Program-made: the position numbers and the translations under genes
From: Candidatus Latescibacterota bacterium
Lineage (GTDB): Bacteria > Latescibacterota > UBA2968
Assembly: GCA_965116885.1 (NCBI GenBank)
Contig: OZ220741.1
Coordinates: 1,888,001-1,952,000 of the forward strand
Reading direction: 5' to 3'
Length of the DNA: 64,000 bases
Notes under the pieces: model-generated
Told to the model about the DNA's origin: nothing
Seen by the model: only the letters and a program-made list of their open reading frames with translations
The model's database searches: none
In this document: piece after piece, positions 9,492-19,538 of the stretch
Numbering within the stretch: the stretch's first letter is position 1
How the letters are laid out: each line of letters opens with the position of its first letter

Positions 9492-10832
9492 ATGAAACAA
9501 CCCAATGTAGTGTTTATCGACTGTCACGATTTGGGTGATTGGCTCGGTTGTTATGACCGGCCTGATGTATCGACGCCCAATCTGGATCGGTTGGCTTTTC
9601 AGGGTGCCCGGTTTACGCAATTTATCGCGACGGCACCTATTTGTATTCCCAGTCGCGTTGGCTTGTATTGCAGCCAGATGCCGCACATGATTGGTGTGTG
9701 GGGACAATTTCCCTATGCGGATGATGCTGTGTGCATGGCGCGTTATTTTCAGGATGCGGGCTATGAAACGGTGCTGAGCAACCGGTTGATGATTTTGAAT
9801 GATCCATCCTGGGCGGGTTTTTTGCGTGTGATAGAGGGGGAGGATGATGTGGAAGTGTTGGCAGAGCGTTTTTTGCGAGAAGAAGCACCGTCTATTGAGT
9901 GTCCCTTTTTTTTGCAGGTCTCTTTCTCGGAGGTACATAGACCTTTTGGGCTGGATTACGATCCAGAGCTTGCGGAGAGGATGGTTGTGCCTCCGGATCT
10001 GCCCGATTGTTCGGAGGTGCGCAAAGATCTCGCCGCGTTGTGTCGGCAGATTGGGGCGTTGGATAAAAAAGTGGGACGGATTCTGAATGCACTTGATGAT
10101 TGTGGGCTGGCCGATGAGACCGTTGTGGTGTTTACTACCGAACACGGTGTGGCGACTGCGCGGGCAAAACACACGCTTTACGATGCGGGTATCCGAACGA
10201 CGTTGCTTATGAGGTACCCGTCTGAGATTGCCGCTGGAACTGTGTATGGTGATTTGATTAGCAACATGGATCTGTTGCCGACGTTGATGGAGTTGTGCGG
10301 TCTGGAGGAGCCGGATGGTATTCTGGGGCGGAGTTTTCGGGGGTTGTTTTCCGGTGCGGGATGGGCTGGCCGGTCTGTGGTGTTTAGCGAGCAGACCTGG
10401 GGGCGGCGTGCTGGGAACTGGTATTACACGCCAATGCGGTGTGTTCGGTCAGATCAGTTCAAGCTGATCCGCAACTTTGCGCGGGTGCCAAATTATGTCG
10501 ATAATGGGTGGGTGAATCGTTTTCAGAACAGACGAGAGGTTGTTCAGGCGCTTTTTTCAAAACCGGCACCGGAACGGGAGCTTTACAGTTTGGCAGACGA
10601 TCCGTATGAGTTGAACAATGTTGCAGATGATCCGCGTTTTTCAAGGGTTCGCGATGATTTGGAGGGGCAATTAACCGCGTTTCTCGAGGAGACAGAGGAT
10701 CCCATTTTGATGGGGGTTGTGCCGAATAGAGAAGGTCATCCAGATGTTCCGCAGTGGATTAAACAGCCAGACGGCTCGTTTCTGTTGGAGGCGGATCGGG
10801 AGATTTATCACTCAGAGCAGCCTTTTGATTAG
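9492..10832 (+). CDS. Sulfatase (formylglycine-dependent)
   Basis: PNVVFI, TPNLDRLA, CIPSR (CxPxR), ELYSLADDPYELNN. Confidence 0.93.
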   Translation: MKQPNVVFIDCHDLGDWLGCYDRPDVSTPNLDRLAFQGARFTQFIATAPICIPSRVGLYCSQMPHMIGVWGQFPYADDAVCMARYFQDAGYETVLSNRLMILNDPSWAGFLRVIEGEDDVEVLAERFLREEAPSIECPFFLQVSFSEVHRPFGLDYDPELAERMVVPPDLPDCSEVRKDLAALCRQIGALDKKVGRILNALDDCGLADETVVVFTTEHGVATARAKHTLYDAGIRTTLLMRYPSEIAAGTVYGDLISNMDLLPTLMELCGLEEPDGILGRSFRGLFSGAGWAGRSVVFSEQTWGRRAGNWYYTPMRCVRSDQFKLIRNFARVPNYVDNGWVNRFQNRREVVQALFSKPAPERELYSLADDPYELNNVADDPRFSRVRDDLEGQLTAFLEETEDPILMGVVPNREGHPDVPQWIKQPDGSFLLEADREIYHSEQPFD

Positions 10833-10844
10833 AGGAGTTGTGAC

Positions 10845-12344
10845 ATGAATCTGGAATCCTACTGCGCAGGGGAGCCACTTGAGGTTGGTACGGAAACCGT
10901 ATTGCTGATCGACAATGCCACGGTGGAAGACCGCTGGGGGGTAAGTCGTGTGTTGAATGTGCCGATTAAGGATCCGCACAACCCCGTGCTCATGCCCGAC
11001 AGGCCGTGGGAAGATTCGGTGGGTCAGCAAAATGTGATTTACGACGACGAAGCCGGCGTGTTCCGCATGTGGTATGCCGGGACCGATTGGAACGCGTGGA
11101 TGCACCAGTTCCGCTTCAAAGACTGGAAGGCGGAGCGGCACGGGTATCCCTATTTTGTGTGCTATGCCGAGAGCTTGGATGGGGTACACTGGGACAAGCC
11201 GATGTTGGAGGGCAAGCCGTACGGGCAATATGAGAAGACCAATGTGGTGGTTACGGGACAGCAAAAGGCCCAGGGGGTGCGCGTGATGTGGAACCCCCTC
11301 GGTGGCGTGCAGCAGAGCCGTTTTCTGATGACTTACAAGGACAATCTGGCCGAGGGATATGGGTGTCTGTGTCTGGCTTATTCGGATGATGGGATTCACT
11401 GGCGGGAGGATCCGGCGAACCCGGCTTTCATCGGTCTGCGGGACACATGGCAAAACATGGTGTTCGACCCTGTCCGGGAGCGCTGGTTGATGTTCACGCG
11501 GCCCGTGTGTACCGCTGGCGTTGGGGATGTGTCGGGTGGACCGACGGAGCACAACTACAAGCGCCGGACAGCGGTGATGGTCGGGGAGACGCCGTATGAT
11601 TTTGGCCAGCCCCGGGTGGTGATGTGGCCGGAAGAAGTAGATGATCCGGATATCGACCACATGGTGGTTTCTCGGGTGGGCAGCCATTTCATCGGTTTTG
11701 TCGGAATGATGGGGCCGCCGCCGCACATGGCCTTCCATCTGCATCTGGCGTTTAGCAGCGATGGCCTGCACTGGAATATGTTGCCCGACCGGTCTGTATA
11801 TCTTCCCCATGGCGGATCCGACGCCTTCGACTCGGGTTCTACCTCGGGAGCCGGAGGCATTGTGAGCGTGGGAAATACGGATTTTATCTACTATCGCGGA
11901 TCCCGCCACGGCCAGGCACAGGGCAACAGGAACAATGTCTCGGGTATCGGCCGGGCGCAATTTCTCCAGGATCGATTCGTCGCGCAGATGGGTGCGCACA
12001 CGGGTGGCTTTCTGCTCACCCGCGAAATGGTTGTTGCCGCACCGGAACTGATCGTCAATACGACCGTGGCCGACGGTTATAACAGCGATCCGACCACGGC
12101 GATTGTTCCGCCCGAATTCGCTGTCGAAGTGTTGCGTTTCGGTGAGGGCGGTGCCCCGAGTCCCGTGCCCGGGTTCACTCTTGCCGACTGCACCACACAG
12201 GCTGTTGACCTTGTCGAGCACAAAGTGACGTGGAAAGACAAGCAGGATATGGCCGAACTCGTGGGCACGCCTGTGTTCCTCCGCTTCTATCTCAAGAATG
12301 TGGGTCTCTATTCGCTGCGGTTTCGCGATGGAGGATCTGGGTGA
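10845..12344 (+). CDS. Putative five-bladed beta-propeller glycoside hydrolase-like protein
   Basis: NPVLMPDRPWE, FRMWY, YAESLDGVHWDKP, AYSDDGIHW, FSSDGLHW repeats; AGGAG RBS. Confidence 0.75.
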   Translation: MNLESYCAGEPLEVGTETVLLIDNATVEDRWGVSRVLNVPIKDPHNPVLMPDRPWEDSVGQQNVIYDDEAGVFRMWYAGTDWNAWMHQFRFKDWKAERHGYPYFVCYAESLDGVHWDKPMLEGKPYGQYEKTNVVVTGQQKAQGVRVMWNPLGGVQQSRFLMTYKDNLAEGYGCLCLAYSDDGIHWREDPANPAFIGLRDTWQNMVFDPVRERWLMFTRPVCTAGVGDVSGGPTEHNYKRRTAVMVGETPYDFGQPRVVMWPEEVDDPDIDHMVVSRVGSHFIGFVGMMGPPPHMAFHLHLAFSSDGLHWNMLPDRSVYLPHGGSDAFDSGSTSGAGGIVSVGNTDFIYYRGSRHGQAQGNRNNVSGIGRAQFLQDRFVAQMGAHTGGFLLTREMVVAAPELIVNTTVADGYNSDPTTAIVPPEFAVEVLRFGEGGAPSPVPGFTLADCTTQAVDLVEHKVTWKDKQDMAELVGTPVFLRFYLKNVGLYSLRFRDGGSG

Positions 12345-12381
12345 CTACTCCCAACGCTAAAGCAGTTGGGCTTTTTGGCGG

Positions 12382-13506
12382 TCAAGCCCCCTGACGTTGT
12401 AGCCCCAACGTCAATATGTTTATCGCAGCATTGTGGTCTCTGTCCGTCGTATAGCCACACGCTTTGCAATGATGCACACGCTGAGAAAGTGGTTTCTTCT
12501 CTCTATGTCCGCATGCAGAGCAATCTTGTGACGTGTGCTTAGGATCAACGGCCTTGAATCCAATACCAGCCTCTTCCGCTTTGTATTCGAGACAGTGCCG
12601 AAACAATGACCACGCTACGTCTGCTATTGATTTAGCCAATCGCCTGTTCTTCTGCATCTCTTTTACGTCTAATTTCTCGACGGCAATGAAACTGTGACGA
12701 TTGACCATTTTTCTTGATGCTTGATGGGCAAAGTTATGTCGTTTGTTACGGATGCGCTCATGCACTCTACCAGTGACTTTACGACGCTTTTCTCTTACCG
12801 CGTCGGTCTTGGGTCTTTTTTTCACCGCGTCCCATTTGCGCTGTGCTTTGGCAAGAGCCTTTTCCTCTTTGCGAAAGAATCTCTGATTCTCTATTTTCTG
12901 TCCGTCACTGGTCACAGCAAAGGACGTAAGACCCACATCAATGCCAACAGCAGAACCATTGTTATTTTTCCTGTCATTGTCGCCGATATCGCAAGAGATA
13001 GACGCGAACCACTTGCCTGTTGCTGTGCGCGTGATTGTGCAAGACTTAGGGGTACCCTTAAGCGGTCTGTGCTGGACAACACGAATACAGCCTATACTGC
13101 CCAATCGCAAGCCCTTGTTGTCCAATCGGCAACCATTGGCAAACTGAGGATAGGTGATAGAATCATAGCGATTCTCATTCTTGTATCTGGGAAAGCCTGC
13201 TTTCTCGCCTGTCTTTGCTTTCTCTTTGAGACGGCGAAAGAATCCTTTGAATGCCAAATCTACTCTTGCTGACACTTGTTGCAATACCTGGCTATATACT
13301 TGCTTGAAAGCGGTGTGCTGTTGCTTCAGCATTGGTATTGTTTTGGTCTGGTCATATTGCGAGAGGGACTTATTCTCATTTTTCCATGCTTGTATTCTCG
13401 CACAGACAAGTTGGTTGTAGAGAATGCGGCATTGGTCAATATGCGCCAGCAAGATATTCTCTTGCTTTTTGGTTGGGCGCAATCTGTATTTGAATGACTT
13501 AACCAT
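12382..13506 (-). CDS. tnpB: RNA-guided endonuclease TnpB
   Basis: FKYRLRPTKKQ HTH, GIDVG RuvC-I, IAVEKL RuvC-II, TSQDCSACG..CKACG Zn finger, DRDHNAAINI RuvC-III. Confidence 0.95.
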   Translation of the reverse strand: MVKSFKYRLRPTKKQENILLAHIDQCRILYNQLVCARIQAWKNENKSLSQYDQTKTIPMLKQQHTAFKQVYSQVLQQVSARVDLAFKGFFRRLKEKAKTGEKAGFPRYKNENRYDSITYPQFANGCRLDNKGLRLGSIGCIRVVQHRPLKGTPKSCTITRTATGKWFASISCDIGDNDRKNNNGSAVGIDVGLTSFAVTSDGQKIENQRFFRKEEKALAKAQRKWDAVKKRPKTDAVREKRRKVTGRVHERIRNKRHNFAHQASRKMVNRHSFIAVEKLDVKEMQKNRRLAKSIADVAWSLFRHCLEYKAEEAGIGFKAVDPKHTSQDCSACGHREKKPLSQRVHHCKACGYTTDRDHNAAINILTLGLQRQGA

Positions 13507-13512
13507 AAGTAA

Positions 13513-13541
13513 AATATATACTTATGTATCGTTTTTGTCAA
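13513..13541 (-). promoter_or_regulatory. sigma70-type promoter of tnpB (TTGACA-17 bp-TATATT)
   Basis: Perfect -35, 17-bp spacer, -10 ends 6 nt before the ATG. Confidence 0.7.
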
Positions 13542-13699
13542 ACAGAAAGAGCACTCCTGCTAAAGCACTCGCAGAGACCAAAACCACAAGCCCTCCGCCA
13601 TGCGACCCACGCCTAAAGGCTGTGGGTTTTACGGGCTATTTGATAAGATTATTCAGGTTATAATGCGCGTGTGTGCAGTTGAAATACAGGGAGGAGAAT

Positions 13700-14455
13700 A
13701 TGTTGCCCAATTTCATACATGTCGGTGCTGCCAAGTGCGCTTCGTCGTGGTTGTGGAGAGTCTATCAAGAGCATCCAGATGTCTATGTGCCATTACACCT
13801 GGATAATGTGAACTTTTTTGTGGCTGATTACCACAAAGGTCTGGATTGGTATCAGGAGACCTATTTCGACGATTGGTGCGGGGAGAAGGCTGTGGGAGAG
13901 ATGAGCAATTCCTATATGGTATTCGAACCTGCAATTGAGCGGATCGTCCGGGATCTTCCCGGCGTGAAGTTGACCGCAACGGTGCGCAACCCGATTGATC
14001 GCGCGTTTTTGAGCTGGGTACATATGAATAAGCGCCGGTTTCAGCCGGACCAGCGGATGGAGTTCGAGCGGGTGCTGGATCCTCATGGACACGGTTTGTT
14101 TGGGCTGTGGGTGATGCCGAGTCTCTACAGCTTGCATTTCGAGCGGCTGTTCCAATACGTCTCACGTGACCGGCTGCGAATTATGTTCTATGAGGACCTC
14201 GTAACAGATCCAGCGGGCTTTTTGCGTGGGCTTTTCGAATATCTGGAAGTGGATTCGAATTTCCAGCCGTCCATTTTACATCAGCGGGTGAATAAGGTGA
14301 CGCACTATCCCACGCCGGAGGCACCGCAGCCGGAAGATCAGATTATTGCCGAGGGTATCTCAGAAGAGGTGCGGGACTCATTGCGAAAAATTTTCCAGGA
14401 GGATATTGAGGCGTTGCAGGAGATCACGGGGAGAGATTTGAGCCATTGGCAATAG
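13700..14455 (+). CDS. Sulfotransferase family protein
   Basis: PNFIHVGAAKCASSWL PAPS-binding loop, VRNPIDRAFLSW, MFYEDL. Confidence 0.88.
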   Translation: MLPNFIHVGAAKCASSWLWRVYQEHPDVYVPLHLDNVNFFVADYHKGLDWYQETYFDDWCGEKAVGEMSNSYMVFEPAIERIVRDLPGVKLTATVRNPIDRAFLSWVHMNKRRFQPDQRMEFERVLDPHGHGLFGLWVMPSLYSLHFERLFQYVSRDRLRIMFYEDLVTDPAGFLRGLFEYLEVDSNFQPSILHQRVNKVTHYPTPEAPQPEDQIIAEGISEEVRDSLRKIFQEDIEALQEITGRDLSHWQ

Positions 14456-14461
14456 GATCGG

Positions 14462-15220
14462 TTGGACGGGCACCACGAGTTGGCACCCGATATTCAGCCT
14501 GAATTGTACAATCTGGATGCGGTGGCTTATGAGAGCATTATGCTCGGTCTGTTCAGTATCTGGCGTTACCAGCCTGCGGATCGCCCAAAAATCAATGAAG
14601 TGCTATTTGGATTCAGCCGGGATGGGTTCCATTGGGATCGCCCCTGCCGCGAGGCGATGATGGGCATTTCAGATGGAAAAACAAATTGGAACTGGGGAAA
14701 TGTGCAGTTGGCAGGTGGTTGTTGTCTCGTTGTGGGAGATCAGCTCTATTTTTACGTAAGTGGGCGAAACTACGGAGAGGGTGAGACGCGGCTGGAAACG
14801 ATGTCTATGGGTCTGGCGATGATGCGGCGAGATGGATTTGCCGCTATGGAAGCGGACGGTGATACAGGGGAACTCACGACAAGGCCGGTCCGATTTGACG
14901 GCAAATTCCTGTTTGTAAATGCCGTTGTGGATGCCGGAGAACTCCGGGTGCAGGTTCTGGACAAAAGTGGAAAAATCATCGCGCCGTTCACTTTCGAGAA
15001 CTGCACGCCCCTTCGGGAGGATGGCACCTGCCAGGCGGTGTCCTGGGGTAGAGCGACTGATCTGTCGGCGATTTCGAACCGGGAGGTGCGTTTCCAGTTT
15101 CGCCTTAGCAATGGTAGTCTTTACGCTTTCTGGGTCACCTCTGACAGGTGGGGATCCAGTGGGGGATACATGGGCGGCGGCGCACCCGGGGCGTCGGGCT
15201 TCAGAGACTTGCCGCGTTGA
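14462..15220 (+). pseudogene. N-terminally truncated beta-propeller glycosidase-like protein (paralog type of 10845-12344)
   Basis: FSRDGFHW, LAMMRRDGF, GELTTRP, LFVNA and LYAF resemble the C-terminal half of the family; TTG start without RBS. Confidence 0.6.
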
Positions 15221-15306
15221 TGCTGGCGTCTTCTTTCGCGTTCACTGCGATCGCTTTTTCTGTGGCAGGTTTGGATGAGATGATCGCGCTTTACTGGGGG
15301 TTTTCT

Positions 15307-16335
15307 ATGCGCATACAAAACTACTGGCGGTACCCGGGGTGTGGGCCGCATGCGGCGGTGTATCTCGGAGACGGTTTGGTAGCTGCACCGTCAAAATACG
15401 GCAATCGCATCACGTTCTGGAATGTGAGTGACATCGAACGCCCTGAACTGGTTGCGGACTTGCCGGACCGCCCCGATTGCCAGTCGGTCGCCTTCTGCAA
15501 CGGATATCTGATGGTGGGCAGTGATCGCGGGATCGAAAGCATGCGCTTCTCGAAGGCGGATCTCGTCCCCATCGACTGCAGCGCATTTGCCCCGGAAGTC
15601 AATGATTTTGAAGTGGCTGCCGACACGGTGCTCGCCGTCAGCAAGCGAAACGTCATCAAAGTTGTACGCGTTGAGGACGATGGCCAGTTGACTGAAATCG
15701 GCGTGCGCGAAGATGTGCTCGCCCGCTGCCATGGGGCAAGCCATGAGGGATCCCTGGTTGGCGTGATAGGATTCAGAGGCGATGGCAAGGTAGAGACCCC
15801 TCTCGGCCTTTTTCCGGACGCTGTGGATGAGGATGGGCGATTCACCGATCCAGGCGGCTGGACGCTTGCCAACGGAAGTGAGCCTTGGAGGTGGTATATG
15901 AACATTTCGAACCGCATTATCCTGTACCGGAAGCGCGCCTATGTAGCAACTGGTATTTCCAGTATCCAGGATCCCAGGAGGGAATGGTTGCTGGATCCAT
16001 CGGTCACAGTTTTCAATGTGGCGCATCCCGATGCCCCGGAGTTCCTGGGCAATTACCCCTGTACTGGTTCCGAGACCTGTACGGGGCTTTATCTCGACCG
16101 GGACCGCGAGTGCCTGATCGTCGGATCCGGGAATATTGTGCGCCGCTTTGACATCGATGGCGACCTTTTGCACGAAACCGATAGGCTTGCGTTTCCCTAC
16201 GGAGATTTTGGCGATGGATATCCCAGGGGCCCGACGATCCACGATGTGTGCAAGACCGATTTGATCTGTGACGGTCTGCCCGTCTTTTTCGCCGGTGCTC
16301 AGGCGACCGACGATCTATACCTCTTCACGGTTTGA
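15307..16335 (+). CDS. Hypothetical beta-propeller (LVIVD-like) protein
   Basis: WNVSDIERPELV and FNVAHPDAPEFLG repeats, RAYVATG; start uncertain. Confidence 0.6.
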   Translation: MRIQNYWRYPGCGPHAAVYLGDGLVAAPSKYGNRITFWNVSDIERPELVADLPDRPDCQSVAFCNGYLMVGSDRGIESMRFSKADLVPIDCSAFAPEVNDFEVAADTVLAVSKRNVIKVVRVEDDGQLTEIGVREDVLARCHGASHEGSLVGVIGFRGDGKVETPLGLFPDAVDEDGRFTDPGGWTLANGSEPWRWYMNISNRIILYRKRAYVATGISSIQDPRREWLLDPSVTVFNVAHPDAPEFLGNYPCTGSETCTGLYLDRDRECLIVGSGNIVRRFDIDGDLLHETDRLAFPYGDFGDGYPRGPTIHDVCKTDLICDGLPVFFAGAQATDDLYLFTV

Positions 16336-16479
16336 GTAGAATGGGCATTCTCGAATCTGAAAGCGGAGAAGGATTTTTTGGTCGAAACACAGGCGTCCGA
16401 AGGGGAAGCGGTCGCTTCTATTGTGAACTGGCTTGCGGGGATCGCGTGATCCGGTGGCTATTTTTTATGGGAGGCCCGT

Positions 16480-17709
16480 ATGAGGCAGCTTGAAAATGGA
16501 TTGAGTGAACGGACGCTGGCTTTTGAGCCTGGCTCTGAGGTGCATGGTGAGGTGGTGTGTCGCACGTTTCAGCCGTCGTATGTGGTTACGCGCGACGGCG
16601 TGTTGATCGCCTTCTGTCAGGGCAGGTTGCGCGGCGGTCGCGACGACGATCCGAAGGTGATTCTGACGAGCAGGAGCAGCGATTGGGGCGCGACGTGGTC
16701 GCCAGCGAGGGCTGTTTCGGGACGGATCACCCACTACGCGGTGTCTGCGTATCTTTCCGAACGAGATGGACGCGAGCGCGTGTCCGTTCTGTCTATGGTT
16801 GATTTGCGGGGTACGGAGAATATTTACGACAAGGACTATGGCGAGATGCGGGTGCAGTCCGGTATTGATATCGATGCCGTGGGGCGCGATACGCCCATGG
16901 TTCTTTGCCGGTTTGATTCGGATGACGATGGCGATACCTGGACGATGGAGACGTTGCTCGGGGACCGGTCGCCTCTGAATCACCGCTATTCCGATGGGAC
17001 GCTGATTATGTTCAATGCGGTGGGACAGGTTCACGCGATTACTCAGGGTCCTCATCGGGGGCGGTACGTTCTGGGGGGACCTGTTACTGTGGTGCCCGAG
17101 GGAGAGGCCGTTACGAATTATTTTCGCAACCATCCCCAGTCCGGTTCTGCCGTTATCTACAGCGATGATCAGGGTGAGACCTGGCGCGTGGATGGCTTTA
17201 TTACAGATTATTTGGCTAACGAGGCCTCTGCTGTGTCGATTAACCGCGGTGAGGAGTTGCTGCTCATCCGCAGGCTGAATGCGCGCGGTATGCTCAAAGC
17301 CCACACCCCTCTCTCGGATGTGCGTCCCGGTCCTGTGCAGCGCATTGCCCATACTTCGGCGGATTGCGGGAAGACGTGGTCCCGGCCCTTTCTCGTCGAT
17401 ATCAGTGGGGTGCTCTGCCACGGTACGCTTGCCAGGGGCGGGAGGCGTTTGCTCTTTTCTATTCCCAATGGCTCCAGCCTGCCCGAATCTGAGCGGCAGC
17501 ACGCTACAGAGCGGCAGCGCGGTGCGATCTATTTTAGCGATGACGAAGGTCAGACCTGGCGCCACAGGGTTATCGAGCCAGAGACCTTTTCGTACAGTAC
17601 TGTTGGTCCTCTCAATGAATCCCAGTACATCACGCTCTACGCATGCAGTTCCATGGGGCAGGAGGGCGTCGGATGTCGGGTGTTTGAGGATGCGTGGCTG
17701 GATGCTTAG
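16480..17709 (+). CDS. Sialidase-like (GH33/BNR) protein
   Basis: Asp-boxes SSDWGATW, SDDDGDTW, SDDQGETW, SADCGKTW, SDDEGQTW; GGAGG RBS. Confidence 0.88.
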   Translation: MRQLENGLSERTLAFEPGSEVHGEVVCRTFQPSYVVTRDGVLIAFCQGRLRGGRDDDPKVILTSRSSDWGATWSPARAVSGRITHYAVSAYLSERDGRERVSVLSMVDLRGTENIYDKDYGEMRVQSGIDIDAVGRDTPMVLCRFDSDDDGDTWTMETLLGDRSPLNHRYSDGTLIMFNAVGQVHAITQGPHRGRYVLGGPVTVVPEGEAVTNYFRNHPQSGSAVIYSDDQGETWRVDGFITDYLANEASAVSINRGEELLLIRRLNARGMLKAHTPLSDVRPGPVQRIAHTSADCGKTWSRPFLVDISGVLCHGTLARGGRRLLFSIPNGSSLPESERQHATERQRGAIYFSDDEGQTWRHRVIEPETFSYSTVGPLNESQYITLYACSSMGQEGVGCRVFEDAWLDA

Positions 17710-17729
17710 AGGGATCTAGGAGGTATGTT

Positions 17730-18017
17730 ATGATTGGCGAGTCTGAAATTGCACAATTTGAAGAAGTCGGGGCGGTCACTATCGATACGCCTTTTAGTAA
17801 AGCGCGGTTGGATCGCGTTTCGAGGGTTTTTGATCGGATGCTGCCGTTTGCAGGCCCGGAAGATGGGAAATTGGCCCAGTATCGTGTGGGGCAACGGTAT
17901 TTTCTCGAGCCTGAATTGCTGGATCTGATTCAGGATCCGTTTTTGGAGGTTGTGGCGAAAAAGACGTTGGGGGCCGATGCCGTGCATTTTTTTAATGCGT
18001 TTGTTGTCACTTCCTAA
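17730..18017 (+). pseudogene. PhyH-family N-terminal fragment
   Basis: EIAQFEEVGAVTID start typical of PhyH; stops before the HxD motif against the convergent sulfatase. Confidence 0.6.
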
Positions 18018-18034
18018 CAACGATCCCCGGAAAA

Positions 18035-19432
18035 TCAACCCGCGAACCTGGCCCCTGTATAGACCTGACTCTCCATCATTCGTTCCAGGATCCTCAGCTT
18101 CAGAGAATTCTCCACGTCAGCCATATCGGCTCTTCCGGCCAGGTTATTCACCTCACTCGGGTCGTTCTTCACGTCAAACAGCAGGTAGGCCTCTCCTTCT
18201 TTGTTGAGTGCAATCTTCCAATCATGATTCAACAGCATGACATCTCCGCCATATTCCGAAATCGCCTCGCTCCGGTGTTCGATCGAGGGGTCTGCAAGCA
18301 TCGGGCAGAGGGATTTCGCAAACTGGGGATACTCGATTTCCCCTCCCGCTAATTCAGCAAGTGTCGGCCCCGCATCAAACCACTCCGTATGGCTTGCGCA
18401 TGTCTTTCCAGCAGCCGAACGACCGACGGTGTCAGGGGTCCGAATCACCAGGGGTACGCGAACGGCGCCATTCATAAAATTGCTTTTCGCCAGAATTCCA
18501 CAATCACCGTTCATTTCGCCGTGATCAGAGACCAGAAGAATCACCGTATCGTCAAGCTCACCACGTGCTTCGATCGCCAATAGGATCTCTCCGATTTGGT
18601 CGTCAATCAGAGTCACGTTACCGGCGTAATCCGCTCGTAGTATCTTTTCTTCTCCAGGGGCGAATGTGGGCCTGTTGTCCAGGATATCATCCAGGGTTCC
18701 CCGAGGTCGCTTGCGCTCATCTCCGGGATAAGGAACCGGATCGGGCATGGCGTCGGGGTGGTACTTGCTCGCGTACGGTTCAGGTGTGTCATAAGGCATA
18801 TGTGGTCCGCCAAAACTCACCCAGCAAAACCACGGCTCGGAGCGATCATAGCTTTCTATATAGCCTTTGGCCTGCTGGCCTACATATACATCGTAATAGT
18901 CCTCCAGCCCCACTGCCGAGGGCCGCACCAGGTACCGTTTGGTTCTGGAACGCTCAGCGAGGTCCGCTTTGTACTTTTCCCACAGACCCTTTTTTTCCCA
19001 CATCGAAGTCATATGAGAAACGCAGTTTGCGCACGCCCGTGGGCCCCCAATTTCATTCACATCATCCAGCCCATAGGCGTGCAGCAGGTGCTCTCGACTG
19101 CGCAAGTCACCTGACGTAGGATGCAGGTGTGTCTTGCCGAACAGGCTGGTTCGATACCCACAGGACCTGACAACCTGGGTCCACGTTTTCGCGTCGGCCG
19201 ACAGGGTATGGTTCTGATGATTCCACACACCCGTATTGTGAGGGTAGCGTCCCGTAGCCAGGCTCAGCCTTGCAGGTACACAGATAGGCGAATTCGTAAC
19301 GCAATTAGAAAACCTCACGCCTTCATTTGCGATCCGATCCATATTCGGCGTTTCAACCCAGCCACCAGTGCAGCCCATCGCATCTGCACGCTGTTGATCC
19401 GTCATCAAGAGCAGAATATTTGGTTTCGCCAT
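18035..19432 (-). CDS. Sulfatase (choline-sulfatase-like)
   Basis: PNILLLMTDQQR, CVPAR, GKTHL, SDHGEM, LFDVKNDPSEVNNL. Confidence 0.93.
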   Translation of the reverse strand: MAKPNILLLMTDQQRADAMGCTGGWVETPNMDRIANEGVRFSNCVTNSPICVPARLSLATGRYPHNTGVWNHQNHTLSADAKTWTQVVRSCGYRTSLFGKTHLHPTSGDLRSREHLLHAYGLDDVNEIGGPRACANCVSHMTSMWEKKGLWEKYKADLAERSRTKRYLVRPSAVGLEDYYDVYVGQQAKGYIESYDRSEPWFCWVSFGGPHMPYDTPEPYASKYHPDAMPDPVPYPGDERKRPRGTLDDILDNRPTFAPGEEKILRADYAGNVTLIDDQIGEILLAIEARGELDDTVILLVSDHGEMNGDCGILAKSNFMNGAVRVPLVIRTPDTVGRSAAGKTCASHTEWFDAGPTLAELAGGEIEYPQFAKSLCPMLADPSIEHRSEAISEYGGDVMLLNHDWKIALNKEGEAYLLFDVKNDPSEVNNLAGRADMADVENSLKLRILERMMESQVYTGARFAG

Positions 19433-19538
19433 ATGTGATTCTTCCGTTTGTGGGCTTTCACCCAGAATTTAAGGCAACAATACTCCCATTCGTTTCTGTC
19501 GGTTTTGATAGAGAGGTTTATTTATAATCCAACAAGTG

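Larger units (their letters stand above)
12341..13642 (-). mobile_element. IS200/IS605-family (IS1341-type, tnpB-only) element
   Basis: Minus strand: TTAT|CAAA left end with CCCAC..GTGGG hairpin; right-end hairpin CCCAAC..GTTGGG then AGTAGTCAC; joining the flanks restores an in-frame stop for the host gene. Confidence 0.85.

Noticed and set aside
9366..10172. N-terminal 270 aa of the 448-aa ORF 8826..10172
   Set aside because: Antisense shadow of the sulfatase; the real gene starts at ATG 9365 behind a strong RBS.
10812..12221. 469-aa minus-strand ORF and similar long antisense ORFs (16465-17565, 26863-27771, 6580-7389)
   Set aside because: They lie opposite well-supported genes in GC-rich DNA and show no recognisable motifs.
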